DNA of 63,986 nt, the filler included, from Choristocarpus tenellus KU-1152 (Eukaryota > Protista > Phaeophyceae), in NCBI GenBank assembly GCA_964200185.2. It is 12 parts of 12 records of this genome, joined end to end, with 100 filler letters (N's around TTAATTAATTAA, not from the genome) between each part and the next. Parts side by side here need not be neighbours in the genome. Positions count along the whole stretch, not along the records: positions 12,724 to 17,571 come from CAXNAD020012813.1; positions 17,672 to 26,057 come from CAXNAD020004781.1; 10 more parts are not named here. One strand, written 5' to 3'. A model generated the notes under the pieces. That model searched no databases. It was not told where the DNA came from and saw nothing but the letters and a program-made list of their open reading frames with translations. Shown piece after piece: positions 13,169-26,157 of the stretch; within the stretch, counting starts at the first letter, position 1, and the number at the start of each line of letters is the position of its first letter. The position numbers and the translations under genes were made by a program.

Positions 13169-14776
13169 CTCTTCCTTGGATATTCTGTACAGGTTGTACG
13201 TGAACCGGATCTTCTCATCTAATGTCGGTCCTCGGTGCTCAGTACCACTTCCTCCTCCCTCCCTATCTTTCCTTTCCATCACCTTTCGGCAGGCAAGGTT
13301 TTGCAAGGTTTTGACAATAACGTACTTGTGAGACACTTGAAACACGAACAGCCCAACAGGCAAGTGTTACGGCTCTGTTGCACACTAAGGGATGGATGTG
13401 CATTACTATGTTAGGGTTAGGGTTCGAGGTGGATACAAACAGGAGTATTTCTTTTGAGTCGAATAGCACTCGTGGTGGCGATTCAGAGAGGATATTTGTG
13501 ACCCTCGGCGTCTCTCTCTCTCTCTGATCTATGCAGGTATGTTATTGTCATAGGGGGCATGTTAGAAACAGTATTTTCGAGGGAGGTCCACAATTGTGTT
13601 GATACATGACTCGCGTTGGGGAGAGAGGAGAGTTTGATAGTAACTGCTCCATGGTTTGAAAATGATCACCTGATGTATCAGATGGTGTACAGGGACATCC
13701 CTATGACACCTAATGCTGGTTGACACAATAAAAATTTGAAACGACTTTACTTCCTCACCCGTCAAAAGAAAAGTTAGAACGTGCCGCATAGACTACACAG
13801 TGACAGGTAACAGGTGACGAACACAGCTACATTCTCCAAGGCAACAATGTTCCTTTGCATCCCAGAAGGAAGAAGTAATAGCCACAGAGTGGGAAGTTGT
13901 AGAGATCTATCCACCTAGCACATTGGTAACCATGAGGCATTTTTTCTTCGCGTGGGATGACTGTACTGTCTTCTGCTACACCACCGTGTCTCTTGGTTTC
14001 ATATCGTACCGACGGACATAAATGATTTGTAACGCTATTTGCAGGTGAGACACCCACGCGTTGGCAAAATAGTATAAGAATACGGTGCCTGATTGTACCC
14101 TCTCTTTTGTAGTCAAAATGACAAAGGGGTGGATCAAAGTAGAAAACAACCAATGACGGAGGCAAATATTACCTTAGCAAGCTTTTCCTCGAACTTCCTG
14201 GAAAGTTGAGTAGCCAGTTGACCAAATTCAGACTTCTCGTGATTATATAGCTTGCAGTTGTCCCAGATCATGCGGATGTCCGCCACCACCTCGGATGCTC
14301 GTCTGTACTCCCTTCCCTCAAGTTTCATCTTGACCTTACGGTACCCAAGCGGGGAAAGTAGGTTCGCATTTATGGATTGATAACACTTTCCAGTAACGAT
14401 CTTTGCAGGGTTGTCGTGGGTCAATCACAACGTCAATAACCAAAGGGTGGAAATGGAGGTATTGGACAAGGGGCAAGGATCTCGAAAATGAACAAGCAAC
14501 ATGATGACTGAAGGTTTAGTTGGATGGCACAAGGTTTACACGGACGAACAACACCTCGCTCGCGTATTTAATTACTGTAGCTATGATAAGAGTCCACGAG
14601 CAGCGTATGGAGTCACTCCTCACCGTTCCGAGATCCATCGGCGTCTTGACGATTGTAAGATAGTCGACAAGCCCCATTGCCTTGTGATCCACAGGTTTTC
14701 GAAAAGGCAAAGTCTCTGGACGACCAAGCAGCCATGTGACGATTTTACCTATCTGATGCAGGCTATCGCTCGACAT
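13169..14776 (-). CDS. Bromodomain + ET(NET) domain protein, BET/GTE-like, 3'-partial; exons 14776-14624, 14334-14173, 13282-13169
   Basis: PFRKPVD..GLVDYLTIVKTPMDLGT/VKMKL...DIRMIWDNCKLYN is a canonical bromodomain. PTLDEKIRFTYNLYRISKEE matches the start of an ET domain. GT-AG, phase-0 junctions. Confidence 0.88.
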
Positions 14777-16717
14777 GCGTGCCTCTGTTGACTGGCGCGG
14801 CGATGAGAGCTCGGTCGAAGTTTGAAGAATTGGGGGAGTGTTCAAAGACCTGATGAAATTGTGATACCAAACTCTTTTTTGTTGTACCTTGCTTTGGAAC
14901 GTAGAGGCTACTCGCATGAACCTCAGCGGTTCGAGCCCCTTCTTTGCCGAACCTCTTTTCACAAAAATCTGGTTTGGATTATGAAATTCCATTTATGTAG
15001 GGCAAACACAACGAATTTTACACCAAGTACAAGTACTATGGCTATACAACAAAAGTGCAGACCAAGATTGAGGTGGAAACGTTAGAACCAGATGCACCAG
15101 AAATTCGAGGGAGGAAATGGGAGAAATGATGACTGTGGGGGTGCTGAGACAAACGCAGAAGGAGCAAGGCAGGAAATGAGGCAGAGCAACTAGTTGTGGT
15201 GCAACATTAGTAAGTACACACTTCGAAATATACGATAGTATAGAAAGTAGTGCGGTGTGTAGTATATCTTACCACGGGTCAGGATGATCCCCAGGCTGGT
15301 TAATACTACTGCTGTGAAGCAAAAGAATGAACTAAAAACATTGGAAAGACAACAAACAGGATGATTGTTTGAATTTCATGCATTCACTCTATTACTAGAA
15401 GCTCATACACAGTGACGCCAAAAAGTGGGGAAATCGCTATTCCTGGTAGGACTAGTCTGTGTAGATATTTTCCGGATACAGTCTCTGACGACTCAAGATC
15501 GGCCCTACCACCCTACCGACACACATTTCATCGGGCCCTGCCCGATGCCCTGTGCGGTTTTTGATTAAACATATTTGCAGGGTCTGTTCACGGCCCCACT
15601 TGGTTCAAATCTTTGCCATCCCCGGATAAATATTAGGTTTAGCCAAACTTGCCCAGTGAAGATGGGTCAGACACAAACGGTCAAAATATTTTAGGCGGAC
15701 CTCCAAATTCCAATACTTGTACAAATAAATGTATGTATATATACACGTAATTTTAACAAATTCCCTTTCAGAAAAAGGAGCATACATTTAATTAATGAAG
15801 TAAAACTTTAAATGGTTAGCCCACTTAGAAGTAAGAGGTTTCTCCATCTCCAAGAGGTATAAAATCATATGTCAATGCCAACACAAAGTCAGGAATCATC
15901 ACATAGCTGTGGTGTGAAGGGGCGAGAAAAATTGAAGTTGAAGAAAAGTCAGTTTTTTGTTTTTTATTCGGATGAGTAATAATATATCATACGTTGACTA
16001 AGTGGCGAACATATCTTCGTATGAAAATTTTCTGAAATATTAGAGTCATACAAGGATCGAAATACTTGGTCAAGAATTTTCGAGATTGTGGGTAGACAAT
16101 TTGATCTCAGGTGGGGATGTTACACTCTCGAGTTTGCATGTGTGATAGTACTCATTGTATCAGTGTATGTGGGAGGGGTGACAGAACCTTGGTAGTTATG
16201 GAATCATACTTATAGGTTGTGTAAGAGATGTTTCGATGTCTCATGTGTATCTCTTGACCTGGGAGGGATGTTTTATTCCATCACTGTCAAACACAACGGG
16301 TACAGATGAAGTGCCCAACGACAAGTGCGATTCAGGGTGATGACTTTCATGACATATAGTATGACTCAACACAGTCCATATGGGCGAGCCTGTCGAACAG
16401 GAAATTTCCTTCAGAATTGTCTTGCTTCCACAAAGGGTCGCAGGGACAATAGCTTGCACACAGTTTAAGGTACTAACGTAGGTCTGTTTAGAAATTTAAA
16501 ACGAAGTTAGAAGGTGATAGCCCACACAGAAGTGGCTTGGTCGTCTTCAAGGGGTCACGAAATCAGATACCAACTACAAAGTTTAGCATGTCAGTATGGG
16601 GTAAAGGGGTGACGACGATTGAAGTTGAAGAGTTGGAAACATGACAGTGAATCAGGTGTCAATGATGAGTTCTACCTTCGTGCGGTTGGTGTGTTTTAAA
16701 GTGATTGGTTGGGTTGG

Positions 16718-16899
16718 CGCTCAAAGCATCTTGGTGGGGGGTGGCGGCTGTCCATCCGGGGTCCATTTTTCTATGTGGTGATTTTTTGGGTGGTTTAGTT
16801 GCATGTGTCGGATGGATAATGTAAGTGCACTTCTCCTGGTCAGCGTCCGAATGGACACCCTGGCGTAGAAACTCCCCCCACACACAGATACTTTGAGCC
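16718..16899. mobile_element. MITE subfamily A, about 180 bp, TSD TGG
   Basis: (C)GCTCAAAGCATCT ... AGATACTTTGAGCC TIRs flanked by TGG/TGG. Internal sequence is shared with the copies at 19614, 37596, 62103 and 8825. Confidence 0.85.
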
Positions 16900-17298
16900 T
16901 GGTATGTTTATATGGATAAATACATTGCTGTCAACGTTGCATCATATACCTGAAGATGACCAGGCCAGCTCAACACGATGTACTACGTATATTATAACTG
17001 GGTGACGATTAGGCCCTAGGCCTGGTCTGGTTACAATCATTGACGACTCTGAACCAGAATATTGAATGATAGCTTACCAATGGCAGTCTGCGACCGGTTC
17101 CGATTTGAAACCTTGATGGCCCTGGACTCTGTCCACATTTGAAGTATTTTGCCCATGGCTCGTGTTGTTGAATGTCTGACAGTCCTGGACCAGTCCTGCT
17201 AACACACTCCGGAGTACACTTTTCACTGGGACCAGACCCACTTGAACAGTTCAGTGAAAACCCTGCTGTTGTTCCTTGGGTTTTGCTTTTATAGTGAG

Positions 17299-17571
17299 TG
17301 TTACAGGCGAATAGCGCGAGCGTTTCTTCTTGTATTTCAACAAAGTTTGAGCATTTGTTACACGCGAATAGCGCGAGCATTTTCTTCTCATGTGTTAGGA
17401 AATGCGAACATTTGTAACAGACACATAGTGCGAAGATTGTTTCTCGAGTTCTGACAAGTGCGAACTATATACGATATAGTAACACGTAGGTTAACCTTAC
17501 AGAATAAGTGATTATTTTAAGGAGATGCAGAGTAAGATTCGGAATACCTATGTAACATTACAGAGGAAAAT
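17299..17571. repeat. Solo-LTR-like dispersed repeat, truncated by the linker; second copy at 22830-23258
   Basis: Begins TGTTACA. Contains about 57-bp internal tandem units (GCGAATAGCGCGAGC...) and is colinear with 22830-23102. Confidence 0.55.
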
Positions 17572-17879
17572 NNNNNNNNNNNNNNNNNNNNNNNNNNNNN
17601 NNNNNNNNNNNNNNNTTAATTAATTAANNNNNNNNNNNNNNNNNNNNNNNNNNNNNNNNNNNNNNNNNNNNCCCCCCCTCCCAGGTACTTTGGGTCCGTA
17701 CGGTTCCATCGAAGTGATATTTCCAGTGAAGAAAATATGGACTACGCAACCAGTGTTCGAACCATGGCATTCCTGTGACAGAATGTGGGTGGACACCCAT
17801 CTCAAATTTTCTCATTTCAAACTCCATGACCCAAGGAAGGGAACGTTAAAAAAAAATGTGGTGTCATGTTGATGGACTT

Positions 17880-19530
17880 TTAAAGTCTCATAAAGTTGAA
17901 ATTTATTAAATAATCCGAGTTTTGCGAATGGGAGAATTCTGGGAGGAATGACGTATGGGAAGTAAAAGAAAGCAATGAGAAGGTGGATGAAGAGTTGCAG
18001 AAGAGGTAGCAAGGGAAGGTGTCAGAAAAAAGGTAAACTTGAGGTTGGTGGGACAGGACAAGCAGGACTAGAACAAGGCAACCTCCAAGCAATCGTTCCC
18101 ACCCACTCACCCTTTCGATTGCTCACGACCGAATGGGATCCTGGGGAAAGAGGGGAAGGTCAAATTCAGGCGGGGTAGATTTCTTCTAGTTTAAAGGCAC
18201 GGTGTTGAAGTGAACTAAAAGGAGTGTTCTTGGATAATTGTGGAGTAGGATTGAGTAGAGTTGAATGATGTGATGAAGTTGAAAGTGGTGTGGGGCTAAG
18301 TGGGGTTGAATGGTGGTGTGTAGTGGAAAGTGGCTGCATTATTGGTTGGTAACAGGAAACTGGTTGCAAAGATTGGTTGCACCGGTTGGTCATCGGATCT
18401 GGTTGGAGACTGGAAATCAGTGGCAGAGGTTGGTCGCATTTGCTGGTCATCGGATCTGGTTGGTGAATGAAATTCAGGGGTAAAGGTTGGTTGCACCGGA
18501 TGGTGACCTAATAGGCTGGTGACTGGAAATTACTTGTAAAGACTGGCCACAGTGGGGGGTCACTGGAAATCAGTGACGGAGGTGGTCGCACTGGTTGGTC
18601 GCCAGTGGCGTTACAGTGGGGGGAGGAGTAGAAGGGGTGGAATGCTAACAAAAGAATAATAATCCAGAATTCTAGACCAAAACAGATTATGTGTGAATAA
18701 TGGGCATCTACATGAAATTAGAAAATAAAGTAGCTCCCACTGAGAGTCGAACTCAGGACCTGCAGCTTACTAAGCTGTCGCTCTACCACTGAGCTATAGG
18801 AGCTTCGATATGTTCACTTCAACAAAATTTGATATTATCTAGTTATTATTTACTTTCATGCGTAACTTTTTTTGTGAGGGATTCAAGACTCGTCAAAGGG
18901 GAAGGTTATAAAGTAATCTGGGTTTTGCGGGTGGGAGAATTCTGGGAGGATTGACGTCTAGAGAGTAGAGTGATGAGTAGGGAAAAAAATAAATAATGAG
19001 AAGGTGGACGAAGAGTTAAGTACCGGGTGACTAGGAGGCAGAAGAGGCAGGAGAGAGTTAAAAAAATGGGTGGTAGGTGGAATCACGAGGTTGGAAGGGA
19101 TAGATCAGAACATAAGGAAACTCGAGGTTGGTGGGAAAGGACAGGCGGCACTAGAACAAGGCAACCCCTTAGCAAACTTTCCCACCCACCCAACCTTTTG
19201 ATTGCTCACGATTGACTGGGATGCTGGGGAACAGGGGGCGGGAAGTGAAGTTCTGGTGAGGTAGATGTCTCCTAGTTCACAGGCATGGTATTGAAGTCGA
19301 TGGTGAAGGGGTGTTCTGGATGATGGAGTGGTGTTGAGTGGTTTTGAATGGCGTGGTGGAGCGGAAAGTGGTAGAAAATATTGAATGGGGTTGAATGGTG
19401 GGGTCGTGTGGAAAGTGGTGGCTGGAAGTCAGTGACGGAGGGGCCACACTGGTTGGTCACAAGTGGTGATACAACGGGGGGAGATTATAATGGGTGGAAT
19501 GCAAACAAAAGAATAATTAATAATAGTTCA
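17880..19530. repeat. Diverged tandem duplication with about 1-kb period (roughly 17880-18670 and 18880-19530) flanking tRNA-Thr
   Basis: Shared colinear blocks: TTTTGCG..TGGGAGAATTCTGGGAGGA, CTAGAACAAGGCAACC, TGGGGTTGAATGGTGG and GGGTGGAATGC.AACAAAAGAATAAT. The first copy has about 62-bp internal subrepeats at 18350-18600. Confidence 0.8.
18732..18803 (-). tRNA. tRNA-Thr(AGT)
   Basis: Reverse complement GCTCCTA TA GCTC AGTGGTA GAGC G ACAGC TTAGTAA GCTGC AGGTC CTGAG TTCGACT CTCAG TGGGAGC T folds as a cloverleaf (one mismatch at the top of the anticodon stem). Downstream T-run terminator. Confidence 0.93.
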
Positions 19531-19613
19531 GACTTCGTGAGGAAAGCAAAACATTGTTCAAAGAACTCCCTCTGAAAAGGCAAGAAGGATCATTAAATAA
19601 AATACCAAACAGT

Positions 19614-19766
19614 GGCTTAACGTATCTGGGGGGGGGGGTGGCAGCTGTCCATTTGGGGTTAATTTTTTCATGTTGCAATTTTTGGGTGATTTGGTTCCAT
19701 ACGTCGGATGGATAATAATGAAANNNNNNNCTGGACCAAACCCCCCCCCCCCAGATACTTTGGGTC
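19614..19766. mobile_element. MITE subfamily A (internal N gap), TSD AGT
   Basis: AGT|GGCTTAACGTATCTGGGG ... CCCCAGATACTTTGGGTC|AGT. Confidence 0.8.
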
Positions 19767-20311
19767 AGTAAAAAAAAAGAACAGAAAGTGCAGGAGAAAA
19801 ACGCATCATATTATGTACATGGAGATCTAGAAAAGGATCCCATTTTGTTTGTTCACAATTTTTGGATTAAGTAATTACCCACTCTTAACCTCACATCCAC
19901 TCCACTCCTCATCAACTGACATCACACACACCACTCAGTCCATAAGACTCCAACTTCACACCACCACCTTGGGGCAGTTACCACTCCAACAAAATGTGCC
20001 CAATCCGTGTATACACTCTTCAAACTAATGGAGCCAACTTCTGGGTATTCCCTCCCACCAATATGCATCTCCTGTGTATCTACCGACAAACCAATCTGGC
20101 TGGCTTCTGTGTAGCCACTCACAATCAATTCCGCGACTTTCCGCATATCCACTCCAAAAGCAATGTGGATGTTTTCCGTGTATCCACTTGCAGCTAATTT
20201 CCGCGTATGGTATCCACTCCTATACCAATCCTTCCAAAAACGCTTCCACCTCCATCCACTACAATCTGCATTCCCTCATAACACTCATATTCTTCGGCAA
20301 CAATCCACATT

Positions 20312-20569
20312 GACCCAAAGCATTTCAGAGGGTAGGAGGTTTGCCCTGTTTGTCCGTATGGGGCATGACTTCCCATGGGATTTTATGCCATTTTGCGATT
20401 TTCTGTGTGAACACGGTTACCTAAAATGTATACAACTATGTAAGGTGTGTCCGGAGCAAGGTTATTGACACTTGCTAACAAATACAATAGTCAAAATATA
20501 TCAAAACCGCAAACATTGCACTTCTAACCTCAAATGGATGCGGCCCTACCCTCTTAAAAGATTTAACTC
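20312..20569. mobile_element. MITE subfamily B, about 260 bp, TSD ATT
   Basis: ATT|GACCCAAAGCATTTCAGAGGGTAG ... CTACCCTCTTAAAAGATTTAACTC|ATT. Internal homology to the copies at 21224, 35558, 36448, 50898 and 58931. Confidence 0.8.
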
Positions 20570-21223
20570 ATTCACCCAAGAACACCCCACAATAATCCCA
20601 AATACTCCACCTCCATCCCCTCCCATACCGCTTTCTTGAACTATGAGACATCTAAACTCCCTGGGCTTGACCTCCCCTTTGAGTCGATGTCTTTCTAGTT
20701 CATGGTCTCACCTCCTGCCTTGGCTCTACCCATCGCCACTGCTGTCTGCCGAACCTTTTAGACATCAACACTGGGTCCCTCTGGTCAGCCCTAATGTACA
20801 TCGTTATGGCACCTGACTTCCATCTTCCTTCCCTGTATATAATTAGTTCAGGTGTTTCCATTGAGCCGAACCTACTTAAAATTAGGCAGGGATGCATTAT
20901 AAGGATCCTGAGAAAGGGAAAAAATATGTCGTTTTGTACAGTTACAGAAAAAGCCTTTGCTGAATTATAGTGTGATTTTGTGTGTGGAAAGGGGAAATAT
21001 CAATTTTGCATGCACTATTGCACACATAAAGCAATGACACATAGTGCATAGCACAGGGTAAGAAAGGTGGCTTAGAGTACAAAAGGGTTCGAACCTGCCT
21101 ACCTCTTAATCGGTTTGGCTTCATTGTCGTCATCCTCATTGTTCCTCCAATCCTATCCGATTGCAGGCTGTTCTCCTCTAGTTTTGTCCTGAGTTCTCTA
21201 GTTATTCTCCTCAGTATGAAAGT

Positions 21224-21482
21224 GAGTGAAAGCATCTTAGAGGGTACGAGTTTTTCTCTGTTTGTCCATTTGGGGCTTGGCTTCCCACGGGCTTTAAGTA
21301 ACATTTTACCTACTCCAAAATGATTCAGAGTAGGTAAAATGTGTATGTTATGAAAAAGTGTGTCTGGAACAAGGATATTGACATCTCCTAACAAACAAGA
21401 TAGCCAAAATTACATCAAAATCGTAACATTGGATTTTGGACGTCAAATGGACGCGGCTCTACCTTCTAAGATAATTTGACTC
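21224..21482. mobile_element. MITE subfamily B nested in the YR region, TSD AGT
   Basis: AGT|GAGTGAAAGCATCTTAGAGGGTA ... TACCTTCTAAGATAATTTGACTC|AGT. Confidence 0.85.
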
Positions 21483-22829
21483 AGTCATCTTCATCTTCAT
21501 CTTCATCGTCTTCCACCTTGCACCACCTCTACAGGGATCAAAGGATTGTCAGACTGCAGGTCTGGGTAGTGTTCTATTAATGGTAACACAATCTCTAAAC
21601 AACCCATCCCTTCTTCAACCGTTTACTGTGTAACCTCATACCTTGACATCACCGCGCCCTTCGTCCTTTGTTCACCTTTGACCATATGGATGTTAAATCT
21701 ACTTTGTCTACCCCAGGTCTATCTTTGCCTAACCCTATAAGGTAACCCTTTCCTGACAGTACGTCCCGTCTTCAAAATGCAAAATCCCCATTCACTTTCC
21801 CTCCCTGATCGTACACCTACAACTCTGAGGCACTTGCCAAGAAGAAGAAAGAAAACCTAACCCCAACCTCCCCAACTCTCCTTCCCTTCCTAGCAAAGTC
21901 ATCCAGGGGTTTGTCTACTATCATGCTCCACGTCAGTGGTCTCCTAACCCTTGGTCGTTTCCCCGTCTCTGTGTGACTCCTACTTACACCCTTCAATACA
22001 GATGAGAGGAGGAAGTGTTGTGTGGGCAGCTGAAAGTTGAAGAAGTGTTTGTGGAAGTATTTCATCGTTGATATCTTGCCCTTTACTATACTTGCTTGAT
22101 CCCCTCTACACCCACAACAATAACACACGGACTCTGCTTGAGTCTTCATTTCATCCAATTCCTGGCTCTTGGGGTCCAGCCACCTACTCAGGTCTCTACA
22201 TGTGCGGAACTCAGACCATTGTTCCCAAGCTCCCTCGTAACACTTCAAGTAGAGGGCATAGCCGATTCTCTGGTGTACTCGGCTGCAAGTCACTAACTGA
22301 TGGTCTCCCATTCCTGACCCCTGGGCTGCACCTGAATTTGAAAATGTGGGCAAGGGAGTTGGCGGTTGGATTGGATCTTGTCCATATCCCACCAGCAAAT
22401 ACCAGCTGTCAATCCATTCTCCTTACCCGGTACATATTTAGTCTCAAAGAACCACCCCCTTGCTATCTCAAGTGCCCTCATTCTCCTCATCCCCTGCCCT
22501 CTTATATGTTGCCCCTACACACTTTCCGACCAATGGACTCTGAATTGTTGTCTCCCCGTATTAAGGCTAGTTCTCTCTTTTCTCTGTTCCCTACGTCTTT
22601 CCTTCACTACCAGCTACCATGCACCACCACCCCCAACAACTCTAATACTCTGGAATATATTGATCGACGTAACCCCTCTCTCCTCCCTGACTACACTCAA
22701 CTGTATGTCCCTCTTCACATCCCTGGGAAATCATATCTCCTTGATTTACCAATCTCATGTCTGTATCCTGCTGATGTAAAGCAAGCATCCGAGTATCACA
22801 ATGTCATCACTAAATGGCGAACGACAAAA

Positions 22830-23258
22830 TATTATAGGCGAATAGCGCGAGGGTTTCTTCTTGTGTCCTAACAAAGTGCGAGCATTTGTTACACGCGAAT
22901 AGCGCGAGCATTTTTTCTCATGTTTTAGCAAACACGAACATTTGTGACAGACGAATAGTGCGAGCACTGTTTCTCGCGTTCTAACAAGTGCAAGCAATAT
23001 ACGATATTAGTAACACATAGGTAGCATCACAGAACAAACGCTGATTTCGTAGAAGATACAGAGTAAGATTCGTAATGCTTACGTAACATTACAGAAGAAA
23101 ATGTCAAAGTCCCTAAGAAGTTGCAGAATAAAGGTTTATGATTGGAGTACGTATAGAGCAGTTGCATAGAAGACCAAAGAAATTAGGCGGATGATGAAAA
23201 TAATAAGAAGGCTTTGGTCAAAACACCTTCACCCCCCTTATCAGTTTTTTTTATAATA
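22830..23258. repeat. Solo-LTR-like repeat, about 430 bp, inserted in the DIRS element
   Basis: Homologous to 17299-17571. Ends TATTATA...TATAATA read as decayed TGTTACA...TGTAACA. No clean TSD seen. Confidence 0.5.
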
Positions 23259-26157
23259 TCTTGAACTTAACATTGAGTCGAGCTTTGAGCTAAGCACTGA
23301 GTGGAGTATCGAGAGAAAAGACTGCCAGACACCCAACACACTGTTATCAAGGACAACGTCCCCATGGCGTCGTTTTGAGGTCGTTGGATTTGAGTTCTAA
23401 ATCCTGTGGAGGTGAGTTCAGGGGCGCACTGTAACAATAATTCAAGAAGGGAGCAATCAGTTTTTTTCCAGGCTCTGCCAATCCCCATCCTAGTACTCAC
23501 CCTCACCAACACATATTTTCCTTGAGCTCTCTTCCTAATCTTTTCTATCCCTTTCTTTCACTTTTGCACTCTGTTTCCCTCGATCCATCTCTTCTGCCAT
23601 CCTGCCCAGCCAACCCCCATTCTGGTGTGGGCCCCACAGGTACAGCAGTCCCCAAAGAACAATAAGGCCGGGGCAGATAATGTACTACTAAGACACTTGA
23701 AAAGTTCCTATCAATGCCCACACATCTCGTACTCGGTCCACATCCCCTTGACTAGGAGACTCTCTCAGTCCACTAGATTACCATCAGGCAATGCAGTTGT
23801 CTTGGCCTCAGTATCAACCTTCTACCTAATCCTAACCCTAACCGGTCTATCGTATCCTAGTGGGGGGGTCAGGTGTCCATTTGTGTCTTTGCAACCCTGC
23901 AGTGGTTTTCTTGTGATTTTACTGAACTTGTCAGATGTATGGGCAATTTCCTTGATCTGAAAAAAAAAAATCATTCTACGTGCCTGGACCAAATCCAAAC
24001 GAACATCACCCGCAAAATAGGCATCAAACTGGGGTGTTTATAACACCCCATCAAGCCTCGAATGGAGACCTGAGCTAAGCTACCCCTCCTCGAGGATACT
24101 ATGGACCAAAGCCACTATCAACTTTGTGTCCCAATTATGAGTCTCTTGACTGATAGTACAGGGGGCTGGTCTACTGTCCTAGGTCCGTATAAGCGAATAT
24201 GATTGGACATGCAATGAGTCGCCAACTCCCGTCTTCACTCATCGTCAAACCATTGGATCTCTTTGAGGATACTGTTGTCAACAAACATTCTAGCAAAAAA
24301 GGGTCATTTGCTCCCCCTCTATAACTTCCCAAACCTTTCATGTACCACCTAATCTGCAGACTTGCCTCATATCTCTTTGTAGGAGGTGACACACCTGCAG
24401 CAACTTCATGGACCTCGGACAATACAACAGTGGACACGGGTTGTTGTACAACGAGAATATTCCAGAACACTCGCAATTGGAACTCATCATACTGCCCTAC
24501 TACTCTACCCAAACCGAAATCCACCGCCAAATATTCCCCAACTGCATTACCAAACTTGATAGCTCCTCGGGTTTCCAGTGGAACCTGGTGAAAAGCATTG
24601 TTGACGTCCATCTTAGTAATCTTATTTCTTGTACTCGGGAATTTCTTTGATAAGCCCACTATTCTACGTAAGATGTGAGACAGTACCTTATCACAATGAA
24701 CTTAGGGGGCGGCTTCAAAGTCAGTATCAAAGTTCACACTGGCTTCCTAACTCTTCTGCTGGCATGACAAATTGTGAACAACTCTCATCGTTGATGGTTC
24801 CTGGTCGTTGGACCCTTCTTAGGAATACTAAAGCCCTGCCCTGGGCTATGTACTTGAATGCCGTACTCCAACCTCAACTCCCGGTTTCCTGTCGCATCTA
24901 CTGGTATCCCTTGATGGACTACATGTTCTAGACTATCCATCCATGGAAACATAGTCTTCCTCCCAAAATGAGTAGTAATCCTACCCCAATCTAGGAACCT
25001 TGGGCTACATCTCGGTCCTAACCACGACACCAATTGCTAAAAATCCCTCAACATAGGTCTCTAGCAATATTGCCCCCACCTGTGCTACCTTCCCTAAACC
25101 CTGCACAGTTTGGCTAATCGGCTCTGCCACACCTCTCAACCTCACCCCAATGATGCAAACCAGTACCCAACACTCTCTGTACGTACTCTTCCCCTTTCCC
25201 TCTACCTGAGATCGAGTCGTGAAGCAACCCTAGTCGTGTTTTCCCTGCTGATAGAAGGCGGTTCTGGGGAAGGGTCGTTTTGCAGGGGTCTTATTACACT
25301 GCCCGACCTCAGTGTGAAATGGGCCCATGTCCTCAGGAGTCCTTCTTCGGCAAGGTCGTCTCTGGTCCTTTCTTTTTGATCTATACTCAGCATCCCCTCA
25401 CCAATTTACCTCCTCCCTCTCTATGTCTTCAAAGTGATCAAGGCTGTAGTAACCATTGTGTTTGATGAAGACGCACTCCTGTCCCATGAGGAAGGTAAAG
25501 CATGGTCTGCAGACCCTCTTCTAAAGTATTGTTGCTAGACTTGGACAACTGATCTCCCCACCCATGTACTGTTCACCCCACATAGCTTGGGCGGGGTTCC
25601 TGGCTATGCAGAAAGGGCATAATATATATATTTTTCTGATCCAATGTGGTTTCCAGAGTTGTGAATCTTGTTAGCTGGGGCGAGGGGAACGACACGTCTG
25701 CGGCCGAGGGTGCAACAAACCTATGGGTCAAGCCATCTTCTCATACTGACATTTCCTTCTCCCACAACTCCAAGTCTTCCCCAGTACGTTGAACAAAGGT
25801 CTACAAGCTGGTAATGACTGAGTACAGCGGGTTTGTTGAAACCGTAGAAAGTGATTTCCTTCTTCCCCACCATCTCAAGTTTTCTCTCTCTGGTCGCCCT
25901 CTCCTGTCCCACATTCCTACCTGAATGTTTCCACTGTTGTTGACATTGAGCAATTGAAGTTGTTAAGCATCGCATGATCGGCTTTTCCTCATTGCCCTCC
26001 CCATTTGGGTCAAAGTATCTGGGGGGGGGGGGGGGGGTTTGTGAGGGGGGGGCCGTTNNNNNNNNNNNNNNNNNNNNNNNNNNNNNNNNNNNNNNNNNNN
26101 NTTAATTAATTAANNNNNNNNNNNNNNNNNNNNNNNNNNNNNNNNNNNNNNNNNNNN

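Larger units (their letters stand above)
20700..25400 (-). mobile_element. Decayed DIRS/Ngaro-type tyrosine-recombinase retrotransposon (RT-RNase H-YR) with nested insertions
   Basis: RT: KMDVNNAFHQVP...YLAVDFGLG (about 24500-24610). RNase H: INxLELLGVV..GDN and KYVPGKENGL (about 22400-22670). YR: RRPLTWSMI, FSFFFLASASEL and IYREGRWKSGAITMYIR (20790-22300). Many stops and frameshifts; boundaries approximate. Confidence 0.85.

Noticed and set aside
17735-17800. tRNA-Asp-like fragment on the minus strand (CTGTCAC loop, GGTTCGAAC)
   Set aside because: Acceptor and D arms do not pair; at best a degenerate pseudogene.
22068-22871. 267-aa plus-strand ORF
   Set aside because: It is the antisense shadow of the DIRS RNase H/YR region, with no motif of its own.
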